Part shown: piece by piece, positions 47,724-58,293 of the stretch
Position numbering within the stretch: position 1 is the stretch's first letter
How the letters are laid out: every line of letters begins with the position of its first letter
From: an uncultured bacterium
GTDB taxonomy: Bacteria > Cyanobacteriota > Vampirovibrionia > Gastranaerophilales > Gastranaerophilaceae
Assembly: GCA_958366705.1 (NCBI GenBank)
Contig: CATXCB010000003.1
Coordinates: 16,193-80,192, forward strand
Direction of reading: 5' to 3'
Length of the DNA stretch: 64,000 nt
Made by a program: the position numbers and the translations under genes
Notes under the pieces: generated by a model
What the model was told of the DNA's origin: nothing
The model's input: the letters and a program-made list of their open reading frames with translations, nothing else
The model's database searches: none

Positions 47724-49568
47724 ATGAAAAACTTTTTTGTTAAATTACTATTTTTATTTGCGTTTATCCTCACATTTGCTGTTAATACATTTGCAGCAGG
47801 CGATTTAGGCATTACATCTGTTGTGTATGATAATTCTTCTGCTTTTGTTGCAATTAATAGTTTTGATAGTGAACCGTTAACTCTGCAGGCTCCGCCTAAA
47901 CTATATATTGTTGAAGATGAGCACAAGGCATATTTTGATATAAATTCTGCAGTGTTAAAGTGTCCGAGACAAGATTTAGTGATTAATTCTTCGGATATAC
48001 AGGAAGTTGTGGCCAGCCAGTTTTCAACAAATCCAAATATTGTAAGATTTGTTATTTCTTATAAAGAGGGGTTTAATCCAAAGAATATACAGCTAAAGGT
48101 GTTAAATAATACTTTATTTATTTCATTCAGGCATCCGTCTATGGAAAATTTTTATTTCCAGCACATTTATTCTGAGGCAAATATTGACGAACTGTTTGAA
48201 CCTGCATCTATACAAATTCCGGTTCCTGTGACTTCAGATAATGTGCTGGGACAAATTAATTCCGCATTCAATACTGCAGAATCTCAGGATAAAGGTTATA
48301 TTCTTTCCAAAAAAGATTTACAGATGAAATCAAAGTACTATCTTGATAATGTTAATTTTAAAAATAATAGTATAATTATTACAGGCGTAGGTTCATATAC
48401 TATTTCAAAACCAATGTACCTGTCTAATCCGTCAAGAGTTGTATACGATGTGACAAATGCGGTTGTTAATAACGCTATACGAAATAAAGAAATTAAATTT
48501 AACCAATCTGATTCTATAAAAATTGGTCAATTTAATAGAAATACTGCCCGAATTGTTATAACTACTGCAACTCCGGATGTGTATGTTCCAATTTTGTATA
48601 GTGATACTCAAAGGCTTGTATTTATTGACAAATTGAATATCAGCCCTCAAACTTTATATTCCAGCACTGCAGATTTAACAGGTGTTTATTATGAAAAATC
48701 TTCTGATAAAATCCATGGTGTTAAACTTGTATTTTCAAAGCCTGTAGTGACAGGAGTCATAAGGAATTATTCAAATATTGAACTGCTTTTATATAATGTA
48801 GATAAATTTATGAATTCATCTTTTGAGTCTGCCCTAAAACATACTGAATTTTCAGATATATTAGTTTCTTCAATGCAGGGAGGCGGGCTCAAACTGACTC
48901 TTCCTGCCGATAAATCAGATATTGTTGAATTAATGATTGGTTCAGATGGTAAGACAATGAGATTTAGGGAAACTTCAAAGGTGCAGCTTCCTGTTCAAAA
49001 TAATCCAACACCTGTAATTGTTCCTCCTGTAAAAGTCCCTGGCAAAAAGGTCGTTGTTATTGATCCGGGGCACGGCGGTTCTGATGTCGGTGCGACAAGA
49101 AATGGGATATATGAAAAAAATATAACTCTTGAGATTTCAAAAATGGTTGCAGATATGCTTCGCAACAAGGGATATGAAGTTGTGATGACAAGAACTACAG
49201 ATATAACTGTATCCTTGCAGGAAAGAGTAGAATTAAGTGAAAATTCTAATCCGGATATATTTGTGAGTATCCACGTAAACTCAAGTAACAGTGAAACTCC
49301 TAGCGGCTTGGAAACACATTATTATAAAGATAACAGTTTAGATTTAGCAAAAAATGTTCATGCGTCCATGCTTAATAATATAAATTCCCAGAACCGCGGC
49401 TTGTTCAAATCTAAATTTTATGTTATAAATCATACTACAGCCCCTGCAATTCTGGTTGAAATCGGATTTATTTCTAATCCGGCAGAAAGAGCTCAACTGG
49501 TTTCTGAGCATAGAAAACAGGCGACTGCAAAGGCTATAGCTGAGGGTATTTATGAGTATTTCAAATAA
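47724..49568 (+). CDS. N-acetylmuramoyl-L-alanine amidase (Amidase_3) with N-terminal AMIN-like repeats
   Basis: Signal peptide. C-terminal VVVIDPGHGGSDVGA...FVSIHVNS...ETHYY Amidase_3 motifs. Confidence 0.8.
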   Translation: MKNFFVKLLFLFAFILTFAVNTFAAGDLGITSVVYDNSSAFVAINSFDSEPLTLQAPPKLYIVEDEHKAYFDINSAVLKCPRQDLVINSSDIQEVVASQFSTNPNIVRFVISYKEGFNPKNIQLKVLNNTLFISFRHPSMENFYFQHIYSEANIDELFEPASIQIPVPVTSDNVLGQINSAFNTAESQDKGYILSKKDLQMKSKYYLDNVNFKNNSIIITGVGSYTISKPMYLSNPSRVVYDVTNAVVNNAIRNKEIKFNQSDSIKIGQFNRNTARIVITTATPDVYVPILYSDTQRLVFIDKLNISPQTLYSSTADLTGVYYEKSSDKIHGVKLVFSKPVVTGVIRNYSNIELLLYNVDKFMNSSFESALKHTEFSDILVSSMQGGGLKLTLPADKSDIVELMIGSDGKTMRFRETSKVQLPVQNNPTPVIVPPVKVPGKKVVVIDPGHGGSDVGATRNGIYEKNITLEISKMVADMLRNKGYEVVMTRTTDITVSLQERVELSENSNPDIFVSIHVNSSNSETPSGLETHYYKDNSLDLAKNVHASMLNNINSQNRGLFKSKFYVINHTTAPAILVEIGFISNPAERAQLVSEHRKQATAKAIAEGIYEYFK

Positions 49569-50358
49569 TTATAACTGTGATTCTCCAATAGCTTTTTTTG
49601 ATTCTGGGGTTGGCGGGTTAACGGTTTTAAACAAGGTTAAAAAACTTTTGCCTGATGAAAGTTATATATATTATGGGGATACGCTGCATGTTCCTTACGG
49701 CGAAAAATCTAAAGAGGAATTGTTAGAGTACTCTGATAAAATTATTAAATTTTTTGAGTCGAAACACTGCAAGGCCGTTGTTATGGCCTGTAACACAACT
49801 TCTTCTGTAATATATGATTCTATCAAAGATAAATATAATTTAAAAATTTACCCAATCGTGCAGTCAGTTGCTGAAATTCTAGCGGAAATGCCAATTGATA
49901 GACTTGGCGTTTTTGCAACAAGAGCTACAATAAATTCTAACGTTTATCCTAAAGAGATTGGAAAATACAATCCGCGGATGTCAGTATTCGGGCAACACTG
50001 TCCAAATTGGGTAAATATTGTAGAAAACAATACTCTGGATGAGGGTTCAAGTATTGAAATTGTTAAAACTGATTTAGATAATATGATGAAAAATAATCCT
50101 GAAAAAATAGTTTTAGGATGTACTCATTATCCTTTTTTATTAAAAATATTGTCAAAATTCGCGCCGGCTGAATTATTTATAGATCCTGCAGAAAATTTTG
50201 CACAGTATATTAAAGCAGATTTGGAAAAATCATCTTTACTGGTTAAAAATAAACTAAAACAAGAAGAATTTTATGTAAGTTCTGCTCCGGAAAAATTTTT
50301 TGAAGCTTCAAAAATGTTTTATAATTTAAAAACAAAACCTGAATTATTAACTTTTTAA
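49552..50358 (+). CDS. murI: glutamate racemase
   Basis: FDSGVGGLTVL, MACNTTS and GCTHYP motifs. Confidence 0.9.
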   Translation: MSISNNYNCDSPIAFFDSGVGGLTVLNKVKKLLPDESYIYYGDTLHVPYGEKSKEELLEYSDKIIKFFESKHCKAVVMACNTTSSVIYDSIKDKYNLKIYPIVQSVAEILAEMPIDRLGVFATRATINSNVYPKEIGKYNPRMSVFGQHCPNWVNIVENNTLDEGSSIEIVKTDLDNMMKNNPEKIVLGCTHYPFLLKILSKFAPAELFIDPAENFAQYIKADLEKSSLLVKNKLKQEEFYVSSAPEKFFEASKMFYNLKTKPELLTF

Positions 50359-51333
50359 TATAATGTCAAGGCATTCGTCATATGTAGAAATTTCAATGAT
50401 GTTCGGGTTTTTAAACAGTCTTTTATTTGTCACATCCAGTTCTGTCACATTTTCCTTAACTGCATATATTTTTATATCACGACTCAGGGCTTCAAATACC
50501 GGCGCAGCCCCTAGAGAGTTATGAGGCATAACAAGAAAATCAAGATTTGAAATATTTATTCCCTTATTTTTATCTGATGATATTTGAGGAGCATTTGAGA
50601 GTCCGAGCAATATACACGGTAAAAAAGTTGGAGTAATATATTCAGAGGCTGCCTTACTATTTACAATATTAGTTGTGATGCTGAAATCCGTGAAAGCCGG
50701 AGAATGAGCACAAGGTATTTTAAAATATTTAGATATGCAGTGCGAAATTATAGCCTCAACTCCTCCAACCGGATCTGGTCCACTACCATTAGCATAGTCC
50801 GTGTTTGTATCTTCAGGGTCCTCAAACAGACAAACAATACCAATTGCGTTGCAGCCCTTTTTTATTAAATATTTTGCAGCATCTATTATGGTTGAAATGT
50901 TATTTACGCTTCCTGTTGCTACTCCATTGTTTGTAAGGTAAAAATTAACTCCCACTTTTTGTGCAGTAATCACATATTCAGATATATCAACACCATATAC
51001 AGTTTTTACGGCATTTTGCGTATTTATATGAATATTTAGAACATCTTCCGGTATTGCTCTGTCGTAGATAATTCCTATTTTATTATCTTCTGCCGGAACT
51101 AAATTTATTTCATTTTTAAAAAAACAATCCAGTGTAAAACCTTCTGTGTAAAGCATGTTTTGTGTTATACCGGAAAAGCACCCCGCATTAACAACGTTGG
51201 GATTAACAATCAAGTTTGTATATTTCGCAAATTTTCTTGCATAAACGCTTGCATCACCTGCATATCCTCCAATTGAAGCTCCAATACCTGTAGGTACAAT
51301 AAACGCTCCGAGTTTTTTGTTTTCATATGTCAT
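50347..51333 (-). CDS. hypothetical protein (DUF-type, conserved Gly-rich N-terminus)
   Basis: 328 aa. AFIVPTGIGASIGGYAGDA N-terminus. Co-oriented with and overlapping the downstream amidase gene. Confidence 0.45.
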   Translation of the reverse strand: MTYENKKLGAFIVPTGIGASIGGYAGDASVYARKFAKYTNLIVNPNVVNAGCFSGITQNMLYTEGFTLDCFFKNEINLVPAEDNKIGIIYDRAIPEDVLNIHINTQNAVKTVYGVDISEYVITAQKVGVNFYLTNNGVATGSVNNISTIIDAAKYLIKKGCNAIGIVCLFEDPEDTNTDYANGSGPDPVGGVEAIISHCISKYFKIPCAHSPAFTDFSITTNIVNSKAASEYITPTFLPCILLGLSNAPQISSDKNKGINISNLDFLVMPHNSLGAAPVFEALSRDIKIYAVKENVTELDVTNKRLFKNPNIIEISTYDECLDIILKS

Positions 51334-52700
51334 TTCAGGTAAATCTCCAATCCTTTTACAATTGCATCTGCGGCCTTTTCTTGAAAATCCCTATCAATCA
51401 ATTTTGCGTTATCTTCCGGATTTATTATATAAGCAAGTTCAATAAGTACACTTAAGCATTGAGTATTTCTAATTACTGCAAAGCTTTGTTGTTTTACTCC
51501 GTTATTCTTTGTTCCTGTATACTTTGTAATTGAGTCTGATAAACTGTGAGCTAAATCCTTTGACTGCGGACAATAATAGTAAATTTCAGTACCTGATGAT
51601 TTTAAGTGGGCAAGTGAATCCGGAAGAGCATTGTTGTGAATGCTCAAAAATATTTGTGCCCCATTTTCATTAGCCATTTTAACTCTGTCAGGCAAACTAA
51701 CCTCAGCGTCGTCATAGCGAGTCATATGAACTATAGCACCTGCATCTTTTAATTTGTGTTCTAATTTTTTTGCGATTGAAAGATTTATATCTTTTTCTTT
51801 GTCTCCAAGGCAGCCTATTGCGCCAAATTCATTTCCGCCGTGTCCGGGATCTATTGTTATAGTAATGTTTTTTAATGGATGGGCTAATGTAGCATTAGGT
51901 TTATTATATACTTCAATTGTCAGCTCGTTTTCTTCTGTGTAATAGCTCTTATAGCCGTACATTTTACCTGTTTGATTTATATGAAATTCGTATTTGTTGT
52001 ACAAATATCCATCAATATTGTAAACCACAAGATCTAACCCGTTATTTTCTGATAGAATATACGGAGCAGGTTTATCTAATTTTAGTTTAAAAACTCTGTG
52101 ATGTGTGTCTTCTGAGTACGCAAAAGTTTGAATTTTTGACGGTGATAATTTTGCTATGTTAGCCGCATCCGCTAAATCCTTTGCCACATAACCGTAATCA
52201 TCTCTGGCAAGTTTTACCTTATAAAAATTATTTATTTCGCCAATTGCTTGAAATTTCATTCCTTTTGCAAAGTGTTGGAGACGATTCATGCCAGAGTCTA
52301 TTGGAGTCGAGCGAAGCGGGGTATCATCTTTTGATATTTGTATATACACCGGCTGTTTATAACTCTTAAAACTGCTATCTTTATCTGTGATTGCCAGTGG
52401 TGATTCTCTAAAAATTCTGAAAGTTTTAACGCTTTTGCCATTATCAATATTAAAAGTGTTTTCTCCGTAGTCGAGTTTTACTGTGTGCCAGAAGCCGCCG
52501 GATTCATGGATGTCAACGGGTTCATTATTTATTTTAAGCGGAGTTCCGAAATTTTCATTCCCAATAAAAAAAGTTTCAGGAGAATTAATGGTTACTCTAT
52601 CTGCTTTTGGATAAACTATATTGGCACCTATCACAGGGCAAACCGAATAAATTAAAAATAATACTGCGCATATAAAATTTGTTAAAATTCTTTTATTCAT
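51330..52700 (-). CDS. N-acetylmuramoyl-L-alanine amidase (Amidase_3), second paralog
   Basis: Signal peptide. ITIDPGHGGNEFGA...FLSIHNNA. Confidence 0.8.
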   Translation of the reverse strand: MNKRILTNFICAVLFLIYSVCPVIGANIVYPKADRVTINSPETFFIGNENFGTPLKINNEPVDIHESGGFWHTVKLDYGENTFNIDNGKSVKTFRIFRESPLAITDKDSSFKSYKQPVYIQISKDDTPLRSTPIDSGMNRLQHFAKGMKFQAIGEINNFYKVKLARDDYGYVAKDLADAANIAKLSPSKIQTFAYSEDTHHRVFKLKLDKPAPYILSENNGLDLVVYNIDGYLYNKYEFHINQTGKMYGYKSYYTEENELTIEVYNKPNATLAHPLKNITITIDPGHGGNEFGAIGCLGDKEKDINLSIAKKLEHKLKDAGAIVHMTRYDDAEVSLPDRVKMANENGAQIFLSIHNNALPDSLAHLKSSGTEIYYYCPQSKDLAHSLSDSITKYTGTKNNGVKQQSFAVIRNTQCLSVLIELAYIINPEDNAKLIDRDFQEKAADAIVKGLEIYLK

Positions 52701-52805
52701 AGAATTACTATACTATATTTTAAAAAATTTTATAATTTCGTAAATTTATTTAATAATTGTGTTATTTGGTACTCATTATGGTAATATTAATTATACAAGG
52801 GATAG

Positions 52806-54575
52806 ATGATGAGAAGAGAACAAGATAAAATTCGTAAAAAATCCAGAGGAAAATTTTGTAATAATGTTACAGATGGATTAAATATACTTTACTGTATTGC
52901 AATTTTAGTCTTAATAGTTCACCTTTTTATTGTTCAAATATTTGATTTTCAGAAATACCGAGAAAGAGGCAAAATGCAACGTGCAAGTCATGATTTTGCT
53001 GTTCGTGGAGATATTTTTGACAGACACGGTATAAAACTTGCGACCGATAGAATTTATTACAATATATATGCACGTCCTGTTGATTATTCAGATAAAGAAA
53101 CACCCGAAAAAATAGCAAAATTATTTGCACCAATTCTGGGTATCCCGGAAAAAACATTGTGCACTAAAATATCAAATAAAAAAATTCCTGTAATTGCTAT
53201 TAAAAAAGATGTTGATAGGGATACAGCGAAAAAAATAATGAAAGTTATTGCAGATAATGGTTTTCGTTCAATAAGTCTTGATAAAAAAAATACAAGAGAA
53301 TATCCGCAAGGTGTTTTTGCATCACACGTTCTGGGCTTTTATAATTTTGATGCAAATGTATCAAATGGGGTTGAGCTTACTGCTAAAGACAAGTTAGAGC
53401 ATGTTGTGAGAGCAACACGCTATCAAAGAACACGTGATGGAAAAATTATATATAATTTTTCAACTGATCCTGTGGCTCCAACAATGAATCCAAAAGGTCA
53501 AGATGTTGTACTTACAATCGATGCAGCAATTCAACACGTATGTGAAAAAGAACTCCAAAAGATTATTGAAGAAAAAGACGCCCTTAGGGGGGCTGTTATT
53601 GTTATGAATCCTAAGAATGGTGAAATTCTTGCTTATGCTGTGTATCCGACATATGACCCAAATAAATTTCAAAAAGCAACTAACACCGAAATTAAAAACT
53701 GGACATTAACAGATGTATATCCTCCAGGTTCCACTTTTAAAACAATAACTGTTACAAGTGCCATGGAATTAGGGAAAATTAATGAGAATTCAATCATTGA
53801 AGATAAAGGCCGCATGAAATTTGGCGGTTATACGATTGAAAACTATGACTACAAAGAAAAAGGGGCTCCTGGAAAAATTGATTTGGTATACCTTTTTGAA
53901 CACTCAAGTAATATTGGCTCCGTTAATGTTGGATTCTTAATGACTCATTCTGAATTTTATAATATGCTTAGAAAATTCGGATTTGGTGAAAAGTCAGGTA
54001 TTGATTTACCGGGTGAATCTTCAGGACTGCTGGCTTCTCCAAAATTCTGGGATAGAGGTCTGCATATGACTATGTCATACGGATATGGAACATCTGTATC
54101 CATTATGCAAATGGTTTCAGCTGTATCTGCTCTTGCTAATGACGGGGTTCGGGTAACTCCGCATGTTATCAAGTATTCTCCAGAAGAAGAGGCTGAAAAA
54201 ATCAAACATATACCTACAGTTTCCGCCCAAACAGCCAGAACCATAACAAAACTTCTTGCAATGAGTGTAAATAATGGCAGATCTTGCATAAAGATGGATA
54301 AATATAATGTTGCAGCAAAGACCGGGACTTCAAGAAAACCGCTTGAAAATGGAACTGGATACTCCGGTGCTATGTATACTTCAACTATAGGCTACCTACC
54401 TGCAAGTGATCCTAAAGTATTGATATATGTAGTTGTTGATAGTGCTAAAAAAGGCCCTGTATGGGGAAATACTGTGGCTGGGCCTATTTTTCATGAAGTT
54501 GCGGAACAGACAGCTAGAATACTTGATTTAAAACCTGACAAAGTTCCGGCTCAGCAGAATAAAAAGATTAATTAG
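52806..54575 (+). CDS. ftsI: class B penicillin-binding protein (FtsI/PBP2-type transpeptidase)
   Basis: N-terminal TM segment, STFK (SxxK), SSN and KTGT motifs. Immediately upstream of murE. Confidence 0.85.
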   Translation: MMRREQDKIRKKSRGKFCNNVTDGLNILYCIAILVLIVHLFIVQIFDFQKYRERGKMQRASHDFAVRGDIFDRHGIKLATDRIYYNIYARPVDYSDKETPEKIAKLFAPILGIPEKTLCTKISNKKIPVIAIKKDVDRDTAKKIMKVIADNGFRSISLDKKNTREYPQGVFASHVLGFYNFDANVSNGVELTAKDKLEHVVRATRYQRTRDGKIIYNFSTDPVAPTMNPKGQDVVLTIDAAIQHVCEKELQKIIEEKDALRGAVIVMNPKNGEILAYAVYPTYDPNKFQKATNTEIKNWTLTDVYPPGSTFKTITVTSAMELGKINENSIIEDKGRMKFGGYTIENYDYKEKGAPGKIDLVYLFEHSSNIGSVNVGFLMTHSEFYNMLRKFGFGEKSGIDLPGESSGLLASPKFWDRGLHMTMSYGYGTSVSIMQMVSAVSALANDGVRVTPHVIKYSPEEEAEKIKHIPTVSAQTARTITKLLAMSVNNGRSCIKMDKYNVAAKTGTSRKPLENGTGYSGAMYTSTIGYLPASDPKVLIYVVVDSAKKGPVWGNTVAGPIFHEVAEQTARILDLKPDKVPAQQNKKIN

Positions 54576-54591
54576 TTAAGGGAGATATAAA

Positions 54592-56067
54592 ATGAAATTA
54601 GATGAATTAATTGAATATTTGGAATATAGAGATTTAATAAATTTTAAAAATGTTGAAATTACAGGGATATCATATAATTCAAAAACAACTAAAAAGGGAG
54701 ATATTTTTGTTTGTCTTGCAGGCGAGCACACTGATGGACATGAATATGCGCAGATGGCTGTTGAAAACGGAGCTGCAGCACTTCTTGTTGAACACAAAGT
54801 TGATGGTATAAAAATTCCTCAGGTTCAGGTAGATTCAACCAGACATAAGATTGCAGATATAGCCGACAGATTTTATTCAAGCCCGTCAAAAGGTATTAAT
54901 TTGATTGGTATAACCGGAACAAATGGCAAGACTACTGTTACTCACCTGATACAAAAAATATTTGAAGAAAATTCTGAAAAATGCGCACTTATCGGAACTC
55001 TTGGATATAAATTATCTTCCGGAGGTGAGTATCGAGATGCCAAGCATACAACACCTCAGGCTCCGGAACTTCAGGCAACGCTCAGAATGATTAAAGATGT
55101 TGAAAAGATTGATAATGTTGTAATGGAAGTTAGTTCTCATGCTCTTGAACAAAATAGGGTTGGCGGCTGCAGATTTAACGGGGCGGTTTTAACTAATTTA
55201 ACACAGGATCATTTGGATTATCATATTACAATGGAAAATTATTTCAAAGCTAAGGCTTTGTTGTTTGAAAGATTGACCGATGGAGATTTTGCCGTTATAA
55301 ATCTGGATGATGAGTATGGTGACAAATTTTTATCGGTTATACCTGACGGAGTTAGAAAATTAACTTATGGCGTAAAAAAACAAGCTGATGTAATGGCAAA
55401 AGATATTAATTTTTCATTGAATGGTGCAGAATTTACATTGCTGTATAACGGTCAAGAATATTCAGTTAACCTGCATATGAACGGAATGTTCAGTGTTTAT
55501 AACGTTTTAGCAGCGCTAACTGCTTCTATTGCTATGAATATTGATATTAGCATAGCTCTAAAAGCTCTTCAAAATGTGCATGGTGTTGCTGGCAGATTTG
55601 AAGTTGTAAATAAAAAACCTCTTGTTATTGTTGATTATGCACACACTCCTGACGGGTTGGAAAATGTATTAAAATCAGCAAGAGAAATAACTCAAAAAGA
55701 TGGAAAATTGATTTGTTTATTCGGGTGCGGCGGTGATAGAGATGCGACAAAAAGACCGAAAATGGGAGCTATTGCACAAAAGCTTGCAGATAAAATAGTT
55801 ATCACAAGTGATAATCCGCGTTCTGAGGATCCGCAGCAGATAATTACTGATATTATTGCAGGTTTAAAATCCGTAGATCCTGATATTGTCACTGTTGAAC
55901 CGGATAGAGGAGAGGCAATCGCTTTACTAAAAACAATTGCAAACAATAATGATGTCGTACTCATTGCAGGTAAAGGACATGAAGATTATCAAATTCTGAA
56001 AGATAAAACTATTCATTTTGATGATAGAGAAGAGGCAAGAAAAGTTTTTGCAGGAAGTGTTATATAA
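54592..56067 (+). CDS. murE: UDP-N-acetylmuramoyl-L-alanyl-D-glutamate--2,6-diaminopimelate ligase
   Basis: GITGTNGKTT and the DNPR motif (meso-DAP-type specificity). Confidence 0.9.
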   Translation: MKLDELIEYLEYRDLINFKNVEITGISYNSKTTKKGDIFVCLAGEHTDGHEYAQMAVENGAAALLVEHKVDGIKIPQVQVDSTRHKIADIADRFYSSPSKGINLIGITGTNGKTTVTHLIQKIFEENSEKCALIGTLGYKLSSGGEYRDAKHTTPQAPELQATLRMIKDVEKIDNVVMEVSSHALEQNRVGGCRFNGAVLTNLTQDHLDYHITMENYFKAKALLFERLTDGDFAVINLDDEYGDKFLSVIPDGVRKLTYGVKKQADVMAKDINFSLNGAEFTLLYNGQEYSVNLHMNGMFSVYNVLAALTASIAMNIDISIALKALQNVHGVAGRFEVVNKKPLVIVDYAHTPDGLENVLKSAREITQKDGKLICLFGCGGDRDATKRPKMGAIAQKLADKIVITSDNPRSEDPQQIITDIIAGLKSVDPDIVTVEPDRGEAIALLKTIANNNDVVLIAGKGHEDYQILKDKTIHFDDREEARKVFAGSVI

Positions 56068-56972
56068 TGAAAACAAAACTATTAGTTGAACAGCATTTTC
56101 ACGGCTGCTATGGTGTAGACTTTAATACTGCATCGGTAAGCGATATCAGAGATTTGGCTTATCAAATATTAAAAGAGGGAGTCGGATTTATATTTCCGAC
56201 ACTGGTTACTGATAGTATTGAAAATACTAAGAAGCAAATTAAAATAATCAAAGATGCAGCTGATAAAACTACTTCTGATATGGCTAAAATCTGCGGAGTT
56301 CACCTTGAGGGAATATTTTTAAATCCAGCCAAGAAAGGAATTCATAATGCAGACTATTTTTTGGCACCAACACTTAAAAATTTCCAAACTCTTGAGGATG
56401 ATTTTATAAAAATTGTAACTTTGGCTCCTGAAATTGCGGACGCAGAATTATTAACTTATTTACGCTCCAAAGGAATAAAGGTTCAGGCAGGACACTGCAC
56501 AGGTTCTGATTTGAGCTTGTGTGATGCAACCACCCATACATTTAACGCGATGAGCGGAATTACGCACAGAGGTGAAAGTACAGCTCTCAGCGCGCTGATA
56601 AATGATAATATTTATACTGAAATAATTGGAGACGGAGTTCATGTTTCTGATTCTGCAATAAAACTTTTGTATAAAACCAAGCAAATGAATAAAATATTGC
56701 TTGTATCAGACTGTCTGCCTTGCACGCATAGCAATCTAAAAGAATTTGAGTTTGCCGGTGAAAAAATTTATTATGATGGCGTTAAAGCAACCTCTGCAGA
56801 GGGAACACTTGCCGGAAGTACCAAATTACTACCTGACATAGTAAAAATTCTTGGCAAAAAAGATTTATTTATAAAGCAATACATATCAAATTCTTACGAT
56901 TACCACAATCTTGTATCTGAGGGTGAAATTGAATGGGATGAAGATTATAATATTGTGTCAGTTACTTATTAA
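56067..56972 (+). CDS. N-acetylglucosamine-6-phosphate deacetylase-like amidohydrolase, short form
   Basis: QHFHGCYGVDFN (D.H.HG..G.D metal-binding start) and GVHLEG. Only 301 aa, against ~380 aa for canonical NagA. Confidence 0.45.
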   Translation: MKTKLLVEQHFHGCYGVDFNTASVSDIRDLAYQILKEGVGFIFPTLVTDSIENTKKQIKIIKDAADKTTSDMAKICGVHLEGIFLNPAKKGIHNADYFLAPTLKNFQTLEDDFIKIVTLAPEIADAELLTYLRSKGIKVQAGHCTGSDLSLCDATTHTFNAMSGITHRGESTALSALINDNIYTEIIGDGVHVSDSAIKLLYKTKQMNKILLVSDCLPCTHSNLKEFEFAGEKIYYDGVKATSAEGTLAGSTKLLPDIVKILGKKDLFIKQYISNSYDYHNLVSEGEIEWDEDYNIVSVTY

Positions 56973-57732
56973 ATAAATTTTTTATCATTGTTGCTGTTGA
57001 TACTCCACCTTTTTCAATTGACTGGCAACCTCCGTCCTTTAATTGTATGGGGTCACCATTAGAACGAGCTATGAAAGAGAATAAATCGTACCCCCATTTG
57101 TTAGGTCCTTTCTTACCGTTAACGTCAATCGCAAAAAGTTGGAATCCTGAATAAAATAATATTATTGTACCATCTAAGAGAACCCAGGCTTCTCTATCAT
57201 TGTGGATGCGGGATTGTCTCCAACCAGCACAATTAGCAGTTTGTTTATTTATATCATTTTCATCTTTATCCGGATGTGAGTCAGCAATTATAGTATCAAT
57301 ACCTTTATAATTAGGAATACAACCATTTTTATAAGCTTTATTTTTACAAATTTGCGTAACTTTAAGTATTCCTTTCATTTCATCTTTTACAGCATTACAT
57401 TGACTAAAATGTCCATTATAATCATCTGGAAGTGGACTTCCATCAGACATTTCATATTTTTTACAATCACCTTGTTCAGTATATTCAACACAACTAGCTG
57501 ATTGATATGGGCTGTTGAGCCAGTAGTAACACTCCGGAGTACTATCCATATTGTTTTCAACAATTTTAAAAGCTTGTTGCATTCGCGAATATTGTTCCTT
57601 AAATTGATTTTTAATAACAAGTTTTTGGCATTTTGTTAACAACCCCGGTAAAGTTATAGCGGCAACTATACCAATAATACCAAGAGTGATAAGAACTTCA
57701 GCAAGAGTGAATGCTGCTTTGCTATGCGTCAT
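56962..57732 (-). CDS. prepilin-type N-terminal cleavage/methylation domain protein (pilin-like), paralog of 36017..36748
   Basis: MTHSKAAFTLAEVLITLGIIGIVAAITLPGL. The track ORF extends to 57816 through the repeat units. Start 57732 was chosen by analogy with the left copy (aatgac... inside the repeat). Confidence 0.6.
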   Translation of the reverse strand: MTHSKAAFTLAEVLITLGIIGIVAAITLPGLLTKCQKLVIKNQFKEQYSRMQQAFKIVENNMDSTPECYYWLNSPYQSASCVEYTEQGDCKKYEMSDGSPLPDDYNGHFSQCNAVKDEMKGILKVTQICKNKAYKNGCIPNYKGIDTIIADSHPDKDENDINKQTANCAGWRQSRIHNDREAWVLLDGTIILFYSGFQLFAIDVNGKKGPNKWGYDLFSFIARSNGDPIQLKDGGCQSIEKGGVSTATMIKNLFNK

Positions 57733-58075
57733 TCCAAACATGTTTCGGAATCTATTATCTTGAGATGCTGAAACATGTTCAGCATGACAGATTCGTTTAT
57801 TATTCTGAGCCTGCACGAGCAGAGGGCGAGAATGTAGTGGAGTCCCGTTTAATGCGAGTGCAGAGGTATAGTCATTCTGAGGGAGCAGGCGACCGAAGAA
57901 TCTATTATTACTGTTCTGCTTATTAAATACTTCAGCGAAAGCCTCAGTATGACAGTCGGATTGATTTTGAGGACAAACATGTGTTCTGCTGTATTCGTCA
58001 TTCTGAGCGGATGCGAAGAATCTCTGAGTTGTGCGTTTGGCATAAGACCCTGAAACTAGTTCAGGGTGACGGTAC
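57722..58075. repeat. array of MITE/REP-like palindromic units
   Basis: gtcattccaaacatgtttcggaatc, gatgctgaaacatgttcagcatgac, gtcattctgagggagcaggcgaccgaagaatc, gtcattctgagcggatgcgaagaatc and accctgaaactagttcagggtgac. Confidence 0.7.
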
Positions 58076-58080
58076 GGGAT

Positions 58081-58203
58081 TACATTATGAGGGAAATTTA
58101 AAATAAATATTTCTAAAGACCTTAGAACGCTGTCAGAGTAAAGCTTTAAAAGGTTACCCCCCCCATTTCCTTGTTATTACTGAATTTTAGCACTTTTAGC
58201 TCC
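58081..58203. repeat. right copy of ~110-bp inverted repeat (contains C8 tract 58157-58164)
   Basis: Reverse complement matches 35808-35915 with a handful of mismatches and a homopolymer-length difference. Confidence 0.85.
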
Positions 58204-58293
58204 TTTTTATTGTCAAAACTCTCTCCTATAATTTTATAGTACAATATTATGTGTGATAATGCAACATTAGTTGTTGATGGTATAATAAAAATT

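Noticed and set aside
53957-54289. 110-aa minus-strand ORF inside the PBP gene
   Set aside because: It lies within the conserved transpeptidase domain (KTGT region) of a confidently called CDS. It is an antisense artefact.
57732-57816. N-terminal extension of the right-hand pilin ORF (MQAQNNKRICHAEHVSASQDNRFRNMFG...)
   Set aside because: This stretch is the translation of the palindromic repeat units. Prepilin leaders are short, and the left paralog starts at the equivalent aATGAC position. The start was trimmed to 57732.
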